Positions 28,647 through 40,567 are shown, counted from the stretch's first letter. The stretch is DNA of 64,000 nt from an uncultured Chloroflexia bacterium (GCA_963752475.1 CAVVYR010000007.1:512001-576000); one strand, 5' to 3'. Notes: a model not told the origin generated them from the sequence alone. Numbers and translations are program-made.

Positions 28647-30867
28647 GTGGGGCGAGCGGCCGGCGGAGCCGACGGACCACGTGACCTGAGCACGCCCATC
28701 GGTCGCTCGGGTCTGCCCGGCATCACCGCGTTGAAGCGTCACGGACGACGGCTGGGCATCGCCACCGTGGGCGACCTGCTCACGACGTTCCCGCGTCGCT
28801 ACGAGGACCTGCGCGAGTTCACGCACGTCAGCCACCTGGCCAAGCTCGAGCCCAAGACGCCCGTGACCGTGCGAGTCACGGTGGCCTCGCTGCGCGTCGA
28901 GAAGACGTTCCGCCGGAGGGTACAGCGCACGATCGCCGTCCTGGAGCAGGACGGTGCCGAGTGCGAGGCCGTCTGGTTCGGCCGTCGCTTCATCGAGCGT
29001 CAGATCAAGGAGGGCGACAAGCTCATCCTCAGCGGCAAGGTCAAGCTGCGCGGCTGGCAAGCCCAGCTGGACAACCCCGAGTTCCAGCGCGACGACGGTG
29101 GAGACCTGCTGCACGCCGGGCGCATCGTGCCCATCTACCGCTTGACGCGTGGGGTCACGGCCAAGTCCTTGCGCACGGCCATCCGTAGCGGGCTCGATGA
29201 CTACGGCCGCCACCTGGAGCCCGACTACCTGCCGGACGAACTGCGCGGCGCATACCCGAGCATCCGCGAGGCCATCACCGCGGCCCACTTCCCTGACGAC
29301 TTCGACCAACGCGACGCGGCGGTGCGGCGCCTCGCCCACGACGAGCTGTTGGCCCTCCAGATCGGCATGGTCCAGCGTCGGCGGCAGCGCGATGAGGAGA
29401 CCACGCGCGCCCCACTCCAGGTGGACGAGGCCGGAAGCGGGCGGCTGATGGCCTCGATCGTGACCGGCCTCACCCGCCGCGTCGGCCGCCCGCTCGAACT
29501 GACCGATGACCAGCAGGCCGCCATGCGCACGATCCGCGAGGACGTCGCCGGCAGCGTGCCCATGCTGCGGCTCGTCCAGGGTGACGTGGGGTCGGGCAAG
29601 ACCGCCGTCGCCGCGTACGCCCTCGGAGTGGCCGCGATGAGCGGCGGACAGGGAGCGCTGCTGGCACCGACCGACCTGCTGGCACGCCAGCTCGCCGAGA
29701 CCGTCGCGGACCTGCTCGATGACGCGGGCATCGCGGTGACCCTGCTCACCGGCTCGCTCAGCAGCGCTGGTCGCAAGACCGCCAACGAAGCTGTGGCCAC
29801 GGGGCAGGCGCAGGTCGTGATCGGCACGCATGCCCTGCTGCAGGCGTCGGTCTCGTACGCGCGCCTCGACCTTGTCGTCATCGACGAGCAGCACCGCTTC
29901 GGCGTGGCCCAGCGCGAGGCGCTCGCGGCCAAGGGCGTCAGCCCGCACGTGCTGCTGATGACGGCCACGCCCATCCCGCGCACGCTGGGCCAGGTGCTCT
30001 ACGCCGACCTTGACGTCTCCGACCTGCGCTCAGCGCCTTCGGGCCGGCCCGAGATCGTCACCGGCGTCAAGGCGCCAGGCGATCTCGCGAGCACGTGGCA
30101 GCGGGTTCGCGCCGAGGCCGCGGCGGGCCACCGCACCTTCGTGGTCGTGCCGCACATCGACCCGCAGGGCTCCGAGGACGGGGACGACAGTGCCGAGCTG
30201 CCGCCGTCACTGCCGGCCGCCGAGGGCTATGAGGAGGCGAGGGGAGCGGAGGAGGTCCACGAGCGTCTGCTCGCGGCAGCTGGCACCGGCTCGCGTGGGG
30301 CTCGTGCACGGCCGCATGCGGGCCGACGAGCGTGACGCCGAGATGTCCCGCTTCCGCGACGGCGAGGTCGACGTGCTCGTAGGCACGACCGTGGTCGAGG
30401 TCGGCGTGGATGTACCCGAGGCGACGCTGATGATCGTGCTCAACGCCGACCGCTTCGGCCTCTCGCAGCTGCACCAGCTGCGCGGTCGCGTCGGTCGTGG
30501 CACGGCCGAGTCGTTCTGCGTCCTGGTAGCCGACATCGGCGAGGACACCACCGCTCGTGCCCGGCTCAAGGCCATCCACGACTCCAGCGACGGCTTCGCG
30601 CTGGCCGAGGAGGACTGGCGTCTACGCCGCGAGGGTGACGTCCTGGGCCTGAGCCAGAGTGGTCTGCCGCGGATGCGTCTGGCTTCGTTGACGAACGAGG
30701 CGGATCGTGAGCTGGCCGTGCACTGCCGGAGGCTGGCCGAACGGATCGTCGACGTTCATGGTCGCCTCGAGCCGACCTACCCGGGCCTCGAACGCGCGCT
30801 CACCGACGGGTGGCTGGCACAGGTCGCCGCCGGCGAGGGTAGCGACGAGGAGTCGATCGGTGCCTGA
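28647..30867 (+). CDS. recG: ATP-dependent DNA helicase RecG (one +1 frameshift near 30270)
   Basis: QGDVGSGKT, DEQHRFG, MTATPIPRT; after the shift HGRM, TTVVEVGVDVP, RFGLSQLHQLRGRVGR. Confidence 0.94.
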
Positions 30868-31462
30868 CGCCGGACGCGTCGTGACCGGCGTCGCGGGCGG
30901 TCTGCGGCTGGAGGCTCCGGGACCGGGGACGCGTCCGCTCTCCGACAAGGTCAAGCAGGCCCTCTTCTCGATGGTCGAGGCTGAGCAAGAGGATGTCTGG
31001 GACCGACCGATGCTCGATCTCTTCGCCGGCTCCGGAGCCGCCGGCATCGAAGCCCTCAGCCGCGGTGCGCCAACGGCGGTGCTGGTCGAGAAGGACCGTC
31101 GAGCGATCGCTGTCATCCGGCGCAACCTCGAGCGCACACGCCTGTCTGCCGACGCGATCGTGGTGCGCAAGGACGTGCCCAGCTGGCTCGCGGCCGGACC
31201 TGCCTCGCCGGCTCCCTTCGGCTGCGTCGTGCTCGATCCGCCCTATCCGCAGGCCGCCGACCTGCTCGCTGCCCTCGGGTCGCTCGGAGCATCGAGCAGC
31301 GGCTGGCTGGACGCTGATGCCGTAGTCGTGGCCAAGCACTTCTGGAAGGACGCTCCGCCTGAGCGCATCGGCGACTTGGTGCGCGAACGCGACAGGCGCT
31401 TCGGTGAGACCGCCCTGAGCGTGTATCGTCGAGGACCGGAACACGCAGAGGGAGGCCGCTGA
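30860..31462 (+). CDS. rsmD: 16S rRNA (guanine966-N2)-methyltransferase
   Basis: TRPLSDKVKQALF, LDLFAGSG, DPPY; between recG and coaD. Confidence 0.92.
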   Translation: MPDAGRVVTGVAGGLRLEAPGPGTRPLSDKVKQALFSMVEAEQEDVWDRPMLDLFAGSGAAGIEALSRGAPTAVLVEKDRRAIAVIRRNLERTRLSADAIVVRKDVPSWLAAGPASPAPFGCVVLDPPYPQAADLLAALGSLGASSSGWLDADAVVVAKHFWKDAPPERIGDLVRERDRRFGETALSVYRRGPEHAEGGR

Positions 31463-31959
31463 TGCGAGTGGCCGTCTATCCCGGATCGTTCGACCCCATC
31501 ACACGCGGCCACATCGACGTCATCGACCGCGCCCGGAGCGTATTCGACCGTCTCGTCGTGGCCGTGCTCATCAACACGCGCAAGACGCCCTCCATCCCGG
31601 TCGACGAGCGAGCCGACCTCATCCGCCAGGCCATCGCCGAGGAGCTCGGTCCGGAGGCAGCCGCAAGCGTGGAGGTCGTGACCTACGAGGGTCTTACCGT
31701 GGAGCTGGCTCGTGAGCGTGACGCGGCCTCCATCGTCCGCGGCCTGCGAGCGGTCTCCGATTTCGAGAGCGAGCAGGCCATCGCCCATCTCAATCGTCAG
31801 CTGGCACCGGAGGTGGACACGGTCTTCTTCATGACCGGCATCGAGTACGCCTACCTCAGCTCCAGCCTGGTGCGAGAGATCGCGGCGTTCGGCGGTGACC
31901 TCAGCGCGATGGTGCCCGATGTCGTCGCGCGCCGGCTGAGAGAACAGCGCACCGAGTAG
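31462..31959 (+). CDS. coaD: Phosphopantetheine adenylyltransferase
   Basis: YPGSFDPITRGH, RGLRAVSDF, SSSLVREIA. Confidence 0.97.
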   Translation: MRVAVYPGSFDPITRGHIDVIDRARSVFDRLVVAVLINTRKTPSIPVDERADLIRQAIAEELGPEAAASVEVVTYEGLTVELARERDAASIVRGLRAVSDFESEQAIAHLNRQLAPEVDTVFFMTGIEYAYLSSSLVREIAAFGGDLSAMVPDVVARRLREQRTE

Positions 31960-32051
31960 GGCTGTTCTCGACGCGTCCGTTACAGTAGGGGAGCAGGCGA
32001 AGTGGGCTAAGATGCTCAGTCGTCCTTCCCTGTCCAGCAGGAGTCCGTGCC

Positions 32052-32570
32052 ATAGACCTCATGTTCCTCATCGAGCGACTCGATGCTCTCATCGAGCAGG
32101 GTCGCCGATTCCCCGGCACCAACGCCGTGATGGTCGACAAGGTGGCTGCCACCGACCTCATCGAGCAGCTGCGTGTGGCCGTACCTGAAGAGGTGCGTCA
32201 GGCCAAGCGCATCAACGAGGAGTCGTCACGGCTCGTCGAGCGTGCGCAGGATGAGGCCGAGCGCGTCATCGCCCGAGCCCAGGAGCAGGCCGCCTTCCTC
32301 ATCGAGGAGCGTGAGTTGACCCGGGCCGCCGAGCAGCGTTCAGAGGAGATCGTGGACGAGGCCAAGGGCCAGGCCGCGGAGATCCAGCAGGGTGCGGACG
32401 CCTACGCCGCCAACGTCCTCGTCAAGCTCGAGGGTGAGGTGGTCAAGGCGCTCCAGTCCATCCGGCGCGGCCTCTCCGCGCTCGATGAGCGCTACCCGCC
32501 TGATGGCAGTGAGCCCAGCGAAGCAGACCCGGAGTCCGCGCCTGACGAGCGGACCCATGCTCAGCTATAA
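32052..32570 (+). CDS. Conserved coiled-coil protein of the coaD-yceD cluster (DivIVA/ATPase-subunit-like); start ATA 32052 or ATG 32061
   Basis: LIERLDALIE..LRVAVPEEVRQA..GADAYA heptad pattern; position between coaD and DUF177. Confidence 0.8.
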   Translation: MDLMFLIERLDALIEQGRRFPGTNAVMVDKVAATDLIEQLRVAVPEEVRQAKRINEESSRLVERAQDEAERVIARAQEQAAFLIEERELTRAAEQRSEEIVDEAKGQAAEIQQGADAYAANVLVKLEGEVVKALQSIRRGLSALDERYPPDGSEPSEADPESAPDERTHAQL

Positions 32571-33090
32571 CGTCACCGACCTGCTGCGCTCGGCGCCCGG
32601 TACCAGCGAACGCCACGACGTCGCGGTAGCCGCGCTGCCGGTCGCGGATGGTGTCGAGCTGGCGGACCCGGTCGCGGGTGATGTCCGTCTGACCAACACC
32701 GGGCGGAGCATCCTGGTTCAGGGACTGGTGCAGACGGCGCTCACGGAGCAGTGCTCGCGCTGTCTCCGTCCGGCCAAGGCCATCGTCCGTGCGGCGTTCG
32801 AGGAAGAGGCGCTTCCCTCGATCGACCTCGAGAGCGGCAGCCCACTCGCCGAGGAGGAGGAGCCGGATGCACTTCGCCTCACTGACCACCATGAGCTGGA
32901 CCTCGAGCCGGTCGTGCGGGACGCCATCTCGCTGGCCGAGCCGATCGCACCCCTCTGCCGGCCCGACTGCCCGGGCCTGTGTGAGACCTGCGGCGTGGAC
33001 CTGACCGAGAACCCGGGGCACGAGCACCTCGATGAAGACATCGATCCGCGGCTGGCCGCCCTCGTCGGCATCCGCGAACAGCTGAACTAG
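32557..33090 (+). CDS. DUF177/YceD-family metal-binding protein
   Basis: CSRCL and [21 protein letters not shown]; directly before rpmF. Confidence 0.92.
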   Translation: MLSYNVTDLLRSAPGTSERHDVAVAALPVADGVELADPVAGDVRLTNTGRSILVQGLVQTALTEQCSRCLRPAKAIVRAAFEEEALPSIDLESGSPLAEEEEPDALRLTDHHELDLEPVVRDAISLAEPIAPLCRPDCPGLCETCGVDLTENPGHEHLDEDIDPRLAALVGIREQLN

Positions 33091-33115
33091 TCCAAGAAGG
33101 AGAAGAGGTAATCCG

Positions 33116-33319
33116 ATGGGAGTCCCCAAGCGACGTGTCTCGAGCACCCGCAAGCGCGAACGGCGCTCGCACCACGCGCTCACGGTCCCGAGCCTGGAGG
33201 AGTGCTCGCACTGCCACCAGCCCAAGCGTCCGCATCACGCCTGCCCCAACTGCGGTTGGTACGGCGGTCGTGAGGCCGTGAAGATCCGCGAGAAGTCCAC
33301 GCCCGAGCAGCAGGCCTAG
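33116..33319 (+). CDS. rpmF: 50S ribosomal protein L32
   Basis: [27 protein letters not shown]. Confidence 0.96.
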   Translation: MGVPKRRVSSTRKRERRSHHALTVPSLEECSHCHQPKRPHHACPNCGWYGGREAVKIREKSTPEQQA

Positions 33320-33354
33320 CCTCGTCCACCACCTGACCGAGCGAGGCGCCTGAG

Positions 33355-34488
33355 ATGGACGTCGAAGCGCTGACCCGGGACACCGCCAGCGAATACCTGG
33401 AGCGGCCACGCGTAGCGATGGACGCCATGGGTGGTGACCACGCTCCCGAGGAAGTCGTTCGCGGCGCCGTCGACTGGGCTCGCGAACACGACGATGTCGA
33501 CGTCATCCTCGTGGGCGATGAAGCGCGCATCACGCGCTTCATCGATGAGCCGCTGCCCTCGCACGTGTCCATCGTCCACGCCGGTGAGGCCGTGGGCATG
33601 GATGAGAGCCCGGCCGTGGCCGTGCGCCGCAAGAAGGACGCCAGCATCAACGTGGCCATGCGCCTGGTGCGCGATGGCCAGGCTGATGCGGTCGTGACGG
33701 CCGGCCATACCGGAGCCGGCGTGGCCTCGGCCATCCTGCACCTGAAGCGCCTGCCCGGCGTCGACCGTCCGGCTCTGGCCGTGCAGATGATCACCGAGAC
33801 CGGACCGCTGACCCTGCTCGACATCGGCGCCACCACCGACTCCACCGGCGTCAACCTCGCTCAGTACGCCCACATGGGTTCGATCTTCAGCGAGCAGGTG
33901 CTGGGCGTGACCGACCCCAGCGTGGCCTTGCTCTCCATCGGCGGCGAGCAGGGCAAGGGTGAGATCCGAGTGCAGGAGGCCACCGTCCTCCTTGCCGACG
34001 GCCACCTCAACTTCATCGGCAACGTGGAGGGCCGTGATGTGCCCCACCACCCTGCCGACGTCGTGGTCTGCGACGCCTCGGTGGGCAACGTGGTGATGAA
34101 GTTCTTCGAAGGCCTCGCCCAGGTCATCTTCGGCATGGTCGAGGAGGAGTTCCGCCGACCGCCCTGGGGACCCATGGGCTACCTCTTCATGCGCCCCGGC
34201 ATCAGCCGTATCCGCGAGCGCTTCGACTACGAGAAGCTCGGCGGTTCGCCGCTGCTGGGCGTCAACGGGACCGTGCTCGTGACCCACGGCAGCGCCAAGC
34301 GACGCATGATCGGCTACGCCGTGGAAGTCACCGCCGCGGCCGCTCGCGCCCGCATCCCCGAGCGCATCAAGGAGAAGCTGCTCGAAGAGGGTGTCGACAA
34401 GTCCACCGCCCAACGCAAGACCGCCGGACTGCACCAGGCCGGCGACTCGCTGCTGATCACCGTCGATGAGGCTGGAGAGGATGGCTGA
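33355..34488 (+). CDS. plsX: Phosphate acyltransferase PlsX
   Basis: DAMGGDHAP, AGHTGA, GVDRPAL, FIGNVEG, GGSPLLGV, HGS. Confidence 0.95.
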   Translation: MDVEALTRDTASEYLERPRVAMDAMGGDHAPEEVVRGAVDWAREHDDVDVILVGDEARITRFIDEPLPSHVSIVHAGEAVGMDESPAVAVRRKKDASINVAMRLVRDGQADAVVTAGHTGAGVASAILHLKRLPGVDRPALAVQMITETGPLTLLDIGATTDSTGVNLAQYAHMGSIFSEQVLGVTDPSVALLSIGGEQGKGEIRVQEATVLLADGHLNFIGNVEGRDVPHHPADVVVCDASVGNVVMKFFEGLAQVIFGMVEEEFRRPPWGPMGYLFMRPGISRIRERFDYEKLGGSPLLGVNGTVLVTHGSAKRRMIGYAVEVTAAAARARIPERIKEKLLEEGVDKSTAQRKTAGLHQAGDSLLITVDEAGEDG

Positions 34489-35017
34489 CACCGCGCCATC
34501 GCCGGCGCCCACCGTCCACGAACCCGAGCGCGAGGGCCGGCAGGTGGCGCTTGCCGCCATCTTCGAGGCTGAGTTCGGACAGCGCACCGCCACCGACGCG
34601 CTCCGCCGACGACTATCGGACGGAGACATCGGCGAGCGTGCCGGAACGCATGCTGCGCGGATCGTCGACGCCGTCGTGACGCACCGCGTCACCATCGACG
34701 AGCGCATCGAGGAGGTGGCGCCGACGTACCCCGTGGTGCAGCTGGCCCGTATCGACCGCTCGCTGCTCAGATGCGGGGTTGGTGAACTGCTACACTGCCC
34801 GACGACGCCAGCCCGGGTCGCGATATCGGAGTGGGTCGAGCTTGCTCGTACCTACAGCGGAGAGCCCACCCGGCGGCTCATGAACGGAGCTCTCGGGCGT
34901 GTCGCTCGACAGGCGACTGAAGCAGAGGTGACCGAACGGGACGTAGGGTCCCCGGCTGGTTCTGAGAGCACCACCGATACAGTGACCCAAGCCCATAGGG
35001 AGGGACCAGCAGAGTGA
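34481..35017 (+). CDS. nusB: Transcription antitermination factor NusB
   Basis: [43 protein letters not shown]. Confidence 0.85.
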   Translation: MADTAPSPAPTVHEPEREGRQVALAAIFEAEFGQRTATDALRRRLSDGDIGERAGTHAARIVDAVVTHRVTIDERIEEVAPTYPVVQLARIDRSLLRCGVGELLHCPTTPARVAISEWVELARTYSGEPTRRLMNGALGRVARQATEAEVTERDVGSPAGSESTTDTVTQAHREGPAE

Positions 35018-35256
35018 CCGCTTCGACCTACGAGCGACTCAAGAAGATCATCGTCGAGCAGCTCGGTGTGGACGAGGCCGAAATCAAGCCGGAGGCGTCG
35101 TTCGTGGATGACCTGAACGCCGACTCGCTTGACCTCGTCGAGCTCGTCATGAGCCTCGAAGAGGAGTTCGGAACCGAGATCTCGGACGAGGATGCGGAGA
35201 AGATCCGCACCGTCCAGGACGCTGTCGACTACGTCGACGAGCACCTCAACCAGTAA
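35014..35256 (+). CDS. acpP: Acyl carrier protein
   Basis: [13 protein letters not shown] phosphopantetheine site. Confidence 0.97.
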   Translation: MTASTYERLKKIIVEQLGVDEAEIKPEASFVDDLNADSLDLVELVMSLEEEFGTEISDEDAEKIRTVQDAVDYVDEHLNQ

Positions 35257-35271
35257 GTCCCACCGGGGTCG

Positions 35272-35988
35272 ATGCCAACGAGCGCCGGCGACCTCGCCGA
35301 GCGTCTCGGGCTGCGATTCCGCGACCCCGCGCTTCTGACCGAAGCGCTCGTCCATTCCAGCTATGTGAACGAGCACCCCGAGGGCACGAGCGAGTCCAAC
35401 GAACGACTCGAGTTCCTCGGGGACGCTGTCCTCTCGCTGGTCATGTCGGAGGCACTGTTCAAGCGCCACCGGGACGAACCAGAGGGGATCCTCACCACCA
35501 GGCGGGCTGCCATCGTGTCCACACAGGGCCTCGCCCGTATCGCCCGCCGACTCGAGATCGGTGACGCGCTCGTCCTCGGCCAGGGTGCCGAGAACTCAGG
35601 CGAACGTGGTCGTAGCTCGGTCCTGGCGGGTCTCTTCGAATCCATCGTGGCTGCCATCTACCTCGACCAGGGGCTCGATGCGGCTCGTGACTTCATCCTC
35701 GATGCCGCTGCGACCGAGCTCGACTCGGCCGTCTCGGCTGACGCGCTGAAGGCACCCAAGAGCCGCCTCCAGGAATACGCCTTCTCGACTACCGGGCGCG
35801 CACCCGCCTACCGCATCGTCAGCAGCGAGGGACCCGATCACGATCGCCACTTCATCGTCGAGGTCTCGGTCAACGGTGACGTCCTCGGCTCCGGCGAGGG
35901 CCGCAGTCGCCGAGAGGCGGAGACGCACGCCGCCGAAGCCGCGCTCGAGCGCATCGATACCAAGGCCACGACGGTGGTGACCACGTGA
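35272..35988 (+). CDS. rnc: Ribonuclease III
   Basis: [13 protein letters not shown]-terminal dsRBD (KSRLQE..GPDH..EAETHAA). Confidence 0.97.
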   Translation: MPTSAGDLAERLGLRFRDPALLTEALVHSSYVNEHPEGTSESNERLEFLGDAVLSLVMSEALFKRHRDEPEGILTTRRAAIVSTQGLARIARRLEIGDALVLGQGAENSGERGRSSVLAGLFESIVAAIYLDQGLDAARDFILDAAATELDSAVSADALKAPKSRLQEYAFSTTGRAPAYRIVSSEGPDHDRHFIVEVSVNGDVLGSGEGRSRREAETHAAEAALERIDTKATTVVTT

Positions 35989-38900
35989 GCCTGGCCCGAC
36001 TGCGTGAGCTCCGCATGGTCGGCTTCAAGTCCTTCGCCGAACGCACGACCGTGGAGTTCGGGCCGGGCATCTCGGCCGTGGTCGGCCCCAACGGCAGCGG
36101 CAAGTCCAACCTCGCGGATGCCCTGCGCTGGGCGCTCGGCGAGCAGGGTCGCGCGCTTCGCAGCCGGCGCGCCGAGGACCTGATCTTCGCGGGCTCCGCC
36201 AACCGCCGTGCCGTGGGCATGGCCGACGTCAGCCTCGTCATCGACAACGAGGACCGCCTGCTCTCGGTCGATTTCGAGGAGGTCGAGCTCTCGCGCCGGC
36301 TCTTCCGGTCGGGCGAGAACGAGTACCTGCTCAACCGCCAGCGGATCCGCCTGCGTGACCTGGTGGAGCTGCTTGACGACGCCAATATCGCCGACAACGC
36401 CTTCCTCTTCATCGGCCAGGGCATGGTCGACCAGGCGCTCGCGCTGCGACCGGAGGAACGCCGACCGCTGTTCGAGGAAGCCGCCGGCATCCGCAAGCAC
36501 CAGCGTCGTCGCAAGAAGGCGGAGAACGAGCTCTCCGAGGCCGAGTCCAACCTGGAGCGAGTGCGTGACCTGCTCGCCGAGCTGCGACCGCAGGCCCGCC
36601 GCCTGGCCGCTCAGGCCGAGCAGCAGGAAGCGCGCATGGTAGCGGGTGCCGAATTGGCCGAGGCGCTCGTGGCCGGTGCTCGCGCACGGCTGGCGGCGGC
36701 CGAGGTCGAGTCCCAGCGCCACGCCCAGTCCCTCGCTGCTTCCCGGCGCGATGCCGACGCCGCGCTCGGAGCCCTGCGCGACGCTGAGGAGCAGGCAGCC
36801 GGCTTGACCCGAGCCCTGTCCGAGCGCGCCGACGCCGAGCAGAAGCTGCGTGACCGGCTCGATGCTGCGCGTGGTGCCGTCCAGCGCATCGAGCTGGCCC
36901 AGACCCGCTCCGCCAGCGATGCCGCGGCACTGGTTCGTGACCGCCAGCGCATCGCCGAGGAACGCACCGCCGCGAGCGCACGTGCCGAAGAAGCGCGCCG
37001 GCGCATGGCCGCGGTCCTGCCCGAGCCCGATCGTGGTGCGGAGGACGCGCTCGAGCAGGCCGAGCAGCGCTTGGCGGAGGCCACGCGCGACGCGGACGAG
37101 CTGCGTGCCGCCGATCGCGCCGACGAGGAGCGTGCCGCCACCGCGCGTTCTGCCCGCCACCGCCTGGCCAGCGATTCCGAGCGAGCCGCACGTCGTGCGG
37201 CCGAAGGTCAGCGCCGCCTGACCGCACAGCAGGACCAGGTCGCCAGCGTCACCGAGACCGCGGCCACCACCGCCGAGCGGGCCGAGGGCGCCGCGGAGGC
37301 GCGTGCCAAGGCGCACGCCGCGGAGGAGCGCGCCGAGAGCGAAGCACAGGCTGCGCGCGTCAGTGCCAGCGAGGCCGACTCCGCCGCTGGTGCCGCCAAC
37401 GAGGCGTCAAGCCGCCTTCGCGCCGAGCTGGAAGGGCTGAACGCTCGACGCGAGGCCCTCGACGCTCAGCTCGAGACCGGACCAGAGGAGTCCGTGCTGC
37501 GTTCTGCCCGCGCTCGAGGTGGCCGCCGCTTCACCGACGGCCTCGAGGTGGAGCCCGACCTGCGGCTCGCCGTGGAGGCCGCCCTGGGCGAGGTGCTCGC
37601 GGGTCTGGTGGTCGACCCCGATGACGCGCGGGCACTGGCCGAAGCTTCATCGGTCATGGTCCTGCGGGATGGTGGTGACGGCCGCAGCCGGGCCGGTGAC
37701 CGCGCCGCCCAGAAGCTGACCGATCGGGTCACCGAGGTCGGTGGTGGCGCGCTGTCATCCGCGTTCCGACTCGATCCCGAGTCCCATGCCGCGCGCCTCG
37801 TTTCGCGTGTGCAGTGGGTGCCCTCGCTCGATGATGCCTTCGCCCTCCGCGAGCTCCTGCCGCCGGGCTGGCGCCTCGTGACCCGCGACGGCATCGTCGT
37901 CGATGATATCGGCATCGTGCGCCCGGCTCCGGGCGTGTCCACGCTGGAGCGCCGAGCCACTCGCGATGAGGTCGCTCGCCGTGCCGAGCGGGTGACCGCC
38001 GATCTCGAGGCTGCCACAGCGCGTGCCGAGGAGACCAAGGCCGCTCGGGCCGAGGCGGAGGCTGTCGTCGGGGCCGCCCGAGATGTGCTCGATGCGGCCC
38101 GTCGTGAACGGCGTATCGCCGATGAGGCCGACCGTTCCGCCGCCTCGGCGGCCGAGAACGCGGCTCGTGAGCTGGCTTGGCAGGAGGCCCTGCTGGAGCG
38201 CGCGCAGACCGAAGTCGCGACAGCGACCGGGGAGGCGGAGCAGCGCGCCGCCGAGCTGACCGCCTTCGACGAGAGCCAGACCGGAGACGGCGCCAGCGAC
38301 GAGGCCAAGGCCGCACTGGAGGCGCTCGAGACGCGCATCGCCGCCCTGCGCAGCGAGCGGGAGGCCGCCGCCGACGTGGCCGGAGAGGCCCGTGCCGCCC
38401 GAGACCGCGCGTTGGAGGATCGCCGCCGGGCGGAGGTCTCGTTGGGTCTGGCCGAATCGCGCATCGAGGAACTCGACCGCGATGAGGTCGCACTCAGCGG
38501 TCGTGATGCCGACCTCGTCACCGAACGAGAGCGCTTCGCGGGCGAGCTGGCCAGCGCCCAGGGCGTGCTGCAGCGCGAGAACCAGGCCTTCGAGGCCTCG
38601 GTCGCTTCCGCGCGCGGTGAACGCGAGGCGCTGATCCGAGCGGAGAACGATGCCAGTGCGGCCCGCGAACGCCTGCGCCTGGCCGAGAACCACAGCCGCC
38701 AGAGCGAGGTCGCCGAGATGGAGGCGCGCCTGCAGGTCGACGCCGCTCGCGAGGGCCTGTTGGTGGAGCTGGCCTCGATCGGTGAGGACGGACTCAAGAC
38801 GCTGCTGAGCCAGAGCGAGCAGGATCCGCCTGGCGACGTGCCCGGTGCGGAAGAGCTGCCGGAGATGCTGGAGCATGCGCTCGACGGTGCCCTCGACGCC

Positions 38901-39626
38901 TGGCGTAGCGCGAGTGCCGCCGGCGCGGAGGCACCGGAGCCGCCGACCCGCAACCGCATCGCAGCGCTCCGACGCCGCTTCAACGATGTCGGTGCCAGCA
39001 ACCCCTTCGCGGTGCAGGAGCTGGCCGAGGTCAAGGAGCGCCTGGAGTCGCTCGAGGCGCAGCGCGAGGACCTGGAGAAGGCCATCCGTGACACGCGTGA
39101 GATGATCCTTCGCCTCGAGACCCTCATGACGGAGCAGTTCCGCTCCACCTTCGAGCAGCTCGAGGGCGCTTTCGGCCGCCGCTTCCACCAGCTCTTCGGC
39201 GGTGGCGAGGCCGTGCTCTCGCTGACCGATCCGTCAGACCTGGCCTCGACCGGGGTGGAGATCACCGCGCGTCCGCCGGGCAAGAAGAAGCAGCCGCTGG
39301 CCATGCTCTCGGGCGGGGAGCGGACGCTCACGGCCGTAGCCCTGCTGATGGCCATGCTGGAGGTCCGGCCGGTACCTTTCTGCGTGCTCGACGAGGTCGA
39401 CGCCGCCCTGGACGAAGCCAACATCGGGCAATTCGGCTCAGCCCTTCGCTCCCTCGCCGAGGAGATCCAATTCGTGGTCATCACCCATAACCGCGGCACC
39501 ATCGAGGTCGCCGACGCGCTGTACGGCGTGACCGTCGGGGACGATGCGGTCAGCCGCGTCGTCTCGCTCAGGTTGGCCGATCTGCCAGAGGATGACCCCC
39601 GCCTCGTCGGCAAGGCCGCGAGGTGA
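35985..39626 (+). CDS. smc: Chromosome segregation protein SMC
   Basis: [14 protein letters not shown], long coiled coils, [18 protein letters not shown]; rnc-smc-ftsY order. Confidence 0.93.
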   Translation: MSLARLRELRMVGFKSFAERTTVEFGPGISAVVGPNGSGKSNLADALRWALGEQGRALRSRRAEDLIFAGSANRRAVGMADVSLVIDNEDRLLSVDFEEVELSRRLFRSGENEYLLNRQRIRLRDLVELLDDANIADNAFLFIGQGMVDQALALRPEERRPLFEEAAGIRKHQRRRKKAENELSEAESNLERVRDLLAELRPQARRLAAQAEQQEARMVAGAELAEALVAGARARLAAAEVESQRHAQSLAASRRDADAALGALRDAEEQAAGLTRALSERADAEQKLRDRLDAARGAVQRIELAQTRSASDAAALVRDRQRIAEERTAASARAEEARRRMAAVLPEPDRGAEDALEQAEQRLAEATRDADELRAADRADEERAATARSARHRLASDSERAARRAAEGQRRLTAQQDQVASVTETAATTAERAEGAAEARAKAHAAEERAESEAQAARVSASEADSAAGAANEASSRLRAELEGLNARREALDAQLETGPEESVLRSARARGGRRFTDGLEVEPDLRLAVEAALGEVLAGLVVDPDDARALAEASSVMVLRDGGDGRSRAGDRAAQKLTDRVTEVGGGALSSAFRLDPESHAARLVSRVQWVPSLDDAFALRELLPPGWRLVTRDGIVVDDIGIVRPAPGVSTLERRATRDEVARRAERVTADLEAATARAEETKAARAEAEAVVGAARDVLDAARRERRIADEADRSAASAAENAARELAWQEALLERAQTEVATATGEAEQRAAELTAFDESQTGDGASDEAKAALEALETRIAALRSEREAAADVAGEARAARDRALEDRRRAEVSLGLAESRIEELDRDEVALSGRDADLVTERERFAGELASAQGVLQRENQAFEASVASARGEREALIRAENDASAARERLRLAENHSRQSEVAEMEARLQVDAAREGLLVELASIGEDGLKTLLSQSEQDPPGDVPGAEELPEMLEHALDGALDAWRSASAAGAEAPEPPTRNRIAALRRRFNDVGASNPFAVQELAEVKERLESLEAQREDLEKAIRDTREMILRLETLMTEQFRSTFEQLEGAFGRRFHQLFGGGEAVLSLTDPSDLASTGVEITARPPGKKKQPLAMLSGGERTLTAVALLMAMLEVRPVPFCVLDEVDAALDEANIGQFGSALRSLAEEIQFVVITHNRGTIEVADALYGVTVGDDAVSRVVSLRLADLPEDDPRLVGKAAR

Positions 39627-40567
39627 GCGCACCTGAGGGCCGAACCCCCGCCCCCGAACGGATCCTGCTCCAGGACGCCCTGGAGCCGACGCGCCTGGGC
39701 TTCGCCGAGCGCGTGCGCAGCCTGCTCGGAGCGGGCGATCCGGACGATGAGACGTGGGAGGAGGTCGAGGAAGCGCTCATCTCGGCCGACCTCGGTGCCG
39801 AGATCGCCATCGAGGTCTGTGACCGAGCTCGCGCCCGCACGGACATCGGTCCCCAGAAGGCGCTGCAGCTGGAGCTGCTCGCCCTCTTCGCCGAACGCAA
39901 AGCCGTGCCCTGGCCGCGGATCCCGGGTCCAGGCATCCCCGCGGTCATCCTCGTCGTCGGTGTCAACGGCACCGGCAAGACCACCACCATCGCCAAGCTG
40001 GCCTACCGCTTCAAGTCCCTGGGCGCCAAGGTCTTGCTCGCCGCTGCCGATACCTTCCGGGCCGCGGCCGTCGAGCAGATCGAGACCTGGGCCGAGCGCA
40101 TCGATGTCCCGGTCGTCTCGCACGCCGCAGGCGCCGATCCATCGGCCGTGGTCTTCGATGCCATGGACGCGGCCAAGGCGCGCGGCATGGACGTCATCAT
40201 CATCGACACCGCCGGCCGGCTCCACACGAAGACCAACCTCATGGAGGAACTGGCCAAGATCCGTCGCACCATCGGCAAGCGCATCCCCGAAGCCCAGCCG
40301 GAGGTGCTCTTCGTGCTCGATGCCACCACCGGCCAGAACGGGCTGATGCAGGCGAAGGCCTTCAACGAGTCCTCCGGACTCACGGCCATCGCGCTGACCA
40401 AGCTCGACAGCACGGCCAAGGGCGGCGTGGCCTTCGCCATCGAGCGCCAGATGGACGTGCCCGTGCTCTTCGTGGGCCTGGGCGAGAAGGTCACCGACCT
40501 GCGCGACTTCGACCCCAACGCCTTCGTGGCCGCCCTCTTCGCCGTGGAGGGCGAGAACGCCGAGTAG
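39623..40567 (+). CDS. ftsY: SRP receptor FtsY (NG domain only)
   Basis: GVNGTGKTTT, DTFRAAA, DTAGR, TKLDSTAKGG. Confidence 0.96.
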   Translation: MSAPEGRTPAPERILLQDALEPTRLGFAERVRSLLGAGDPDDETWEEVEEALISADLGAEIAIEVCDRARARTDIGPQKALQLELLALFAERKAVPWPRIPGPGIPAVILVVGVNGTGKTTTIAKLAYRFKSLGAKVLLAAADTFRAAAVEQIETWAERIDVPVVSHAAGADPSAVVFDAMDAAKARGMDVIIIDTAGRLHTKTNLMEELAKIRRTIGKRIPEAQPEVLFVLDATTGQNGLMQAKAFNESSGLTAIALTKLDSTAKGGVAFAIERQMDVPVLFVGLGEKVTDLRDFDPNAFVAALFAVEGENAE

